Shown here piece after piece: positions 63,537 through 64,000 of a stretch of DNA of 64,000 bases. The notes below the pieces were generated by a model. That model was not told the DNA's origin. It was given only the letters and a program-made list of their open reading frames with translations, and searched no databases. A program made the position numbers and the translations under genes. The DNA is from the human T2T-CHM13v2.0 reference genome, Homo sapiens. Positions within the stretch are counted from its first letter, which is position 1, and every line of letters starts with the position of its first letter. The stretch covers positions 2,752,001 through 2,816,000 of the forward strand of contig CP086569.2 in NCBI GenBank assembly GCA_009914755.4, read 5' to 3'.

Positions 63537-64000
63537 AAAAATTCAACCAAAAATTTTATATTCAGCCAATATGTTTCATAAGTGAAGGAGAAATAGAGTC
63601 CTTTTCAGACAAGTAAATGCTCAGGAAATTTATTACCTCCAGACCTGTCTTACAAGAGTTCCTGAAAAGAGTGCTAAACATGGAAAGGAAAGACCATTAC
63701 TAGCCAAAAACACACTTAACTATACAGACCAGTAACACTATAAAGCAACCAAACAAGTCTGCCCAATAACCAGTTAACAACACAATGACAGAATCAAACT
63801 TGCATATATTAATACTAACCTTGAATGTAAATTGGCTAAATGTTCTGATTAAAAGGTGCAGAATGGTAAGTTTAATAAAGAAGCAAGATCCAATGGTATG
63901 CTGTCTTCAAGAGATCCATTTCACATGCAGTGACATTTATAGGATCAAAATAAAGAGATGAAGAAAAATCTACCAAGTTAATGGAAAACAGCAAAAAAGA
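63537..64000 (+). mobile_element. L1 LINE (forward): ORF1 C-terminus, inter-ORF spacer and ORF2 start (ATG at 63785), running off the window
   Basis: 'FNQKFYIQPICFISEGEIESFSDK' corresponds to ORF1p '...NFQPRISYPAKLSFISEGEIKYFTDKQML'. ORF2 N-terminus: 'MTESNLHILILTLNVNWLNVLIKRCRMVSLIKKQDPMVCCLQEIHFTCSDIYRIKIKR.RKIYQVNGKQQK' corresponds to L1 ORF2p 'MTGSNSHITILTLNINGLNSPIKRHRLASWIKKQDPSVCCIQETHLTCKDTHRLKIKGWRKIYQANGKQKKAG'. Confidence 0.9.

Overview
This window reads as primate (almost certainly human) nuclear DNA, not a prokaryotic or phage locus. It is AT-rich and gene-poor, and most of it is interspersed repeats. I can support the following from the sequence: about 8 Alu SINEs or fragments, 3 of them with visible target-site duplications; at least 12 LINE-1 (L1) fragments in both orientations, several with recognisable ORF1/ORF2 coding remnants and the characteristic 3' ends; MaLR-type solo LTRs, including one clear THE1/MST-like LTR with a 5-bp TSD; one endogenous-retrovirus internal fragment with a dUTPase-like motif; and numerous micro- and minisatellites. 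I found no convincing cellular protein-coding gene, no rRNA or tRNA, and no CRISPR array. Nearly every ORF in the six-frame track is either an L1 ORF remnant, a translation of Alu or simple-repeat sequence, or short spurious reading frame in AT-rich DNA. I could not place the locus. I am honest that the 'undescribed system' prompt does not fit: I see no operon, defence island or other prokaryotic system here. The most interesting structure is an 188-bp, ~99% identical inverted-repeat pair flanking a 3.2-kb L1 segment at 11.8-15.3 kb. Secondary observations are a splice-site-flanked 62-nt exon-like segment, an unclassified GC-richer 870-bp block, and several repeat-junction curiosities.
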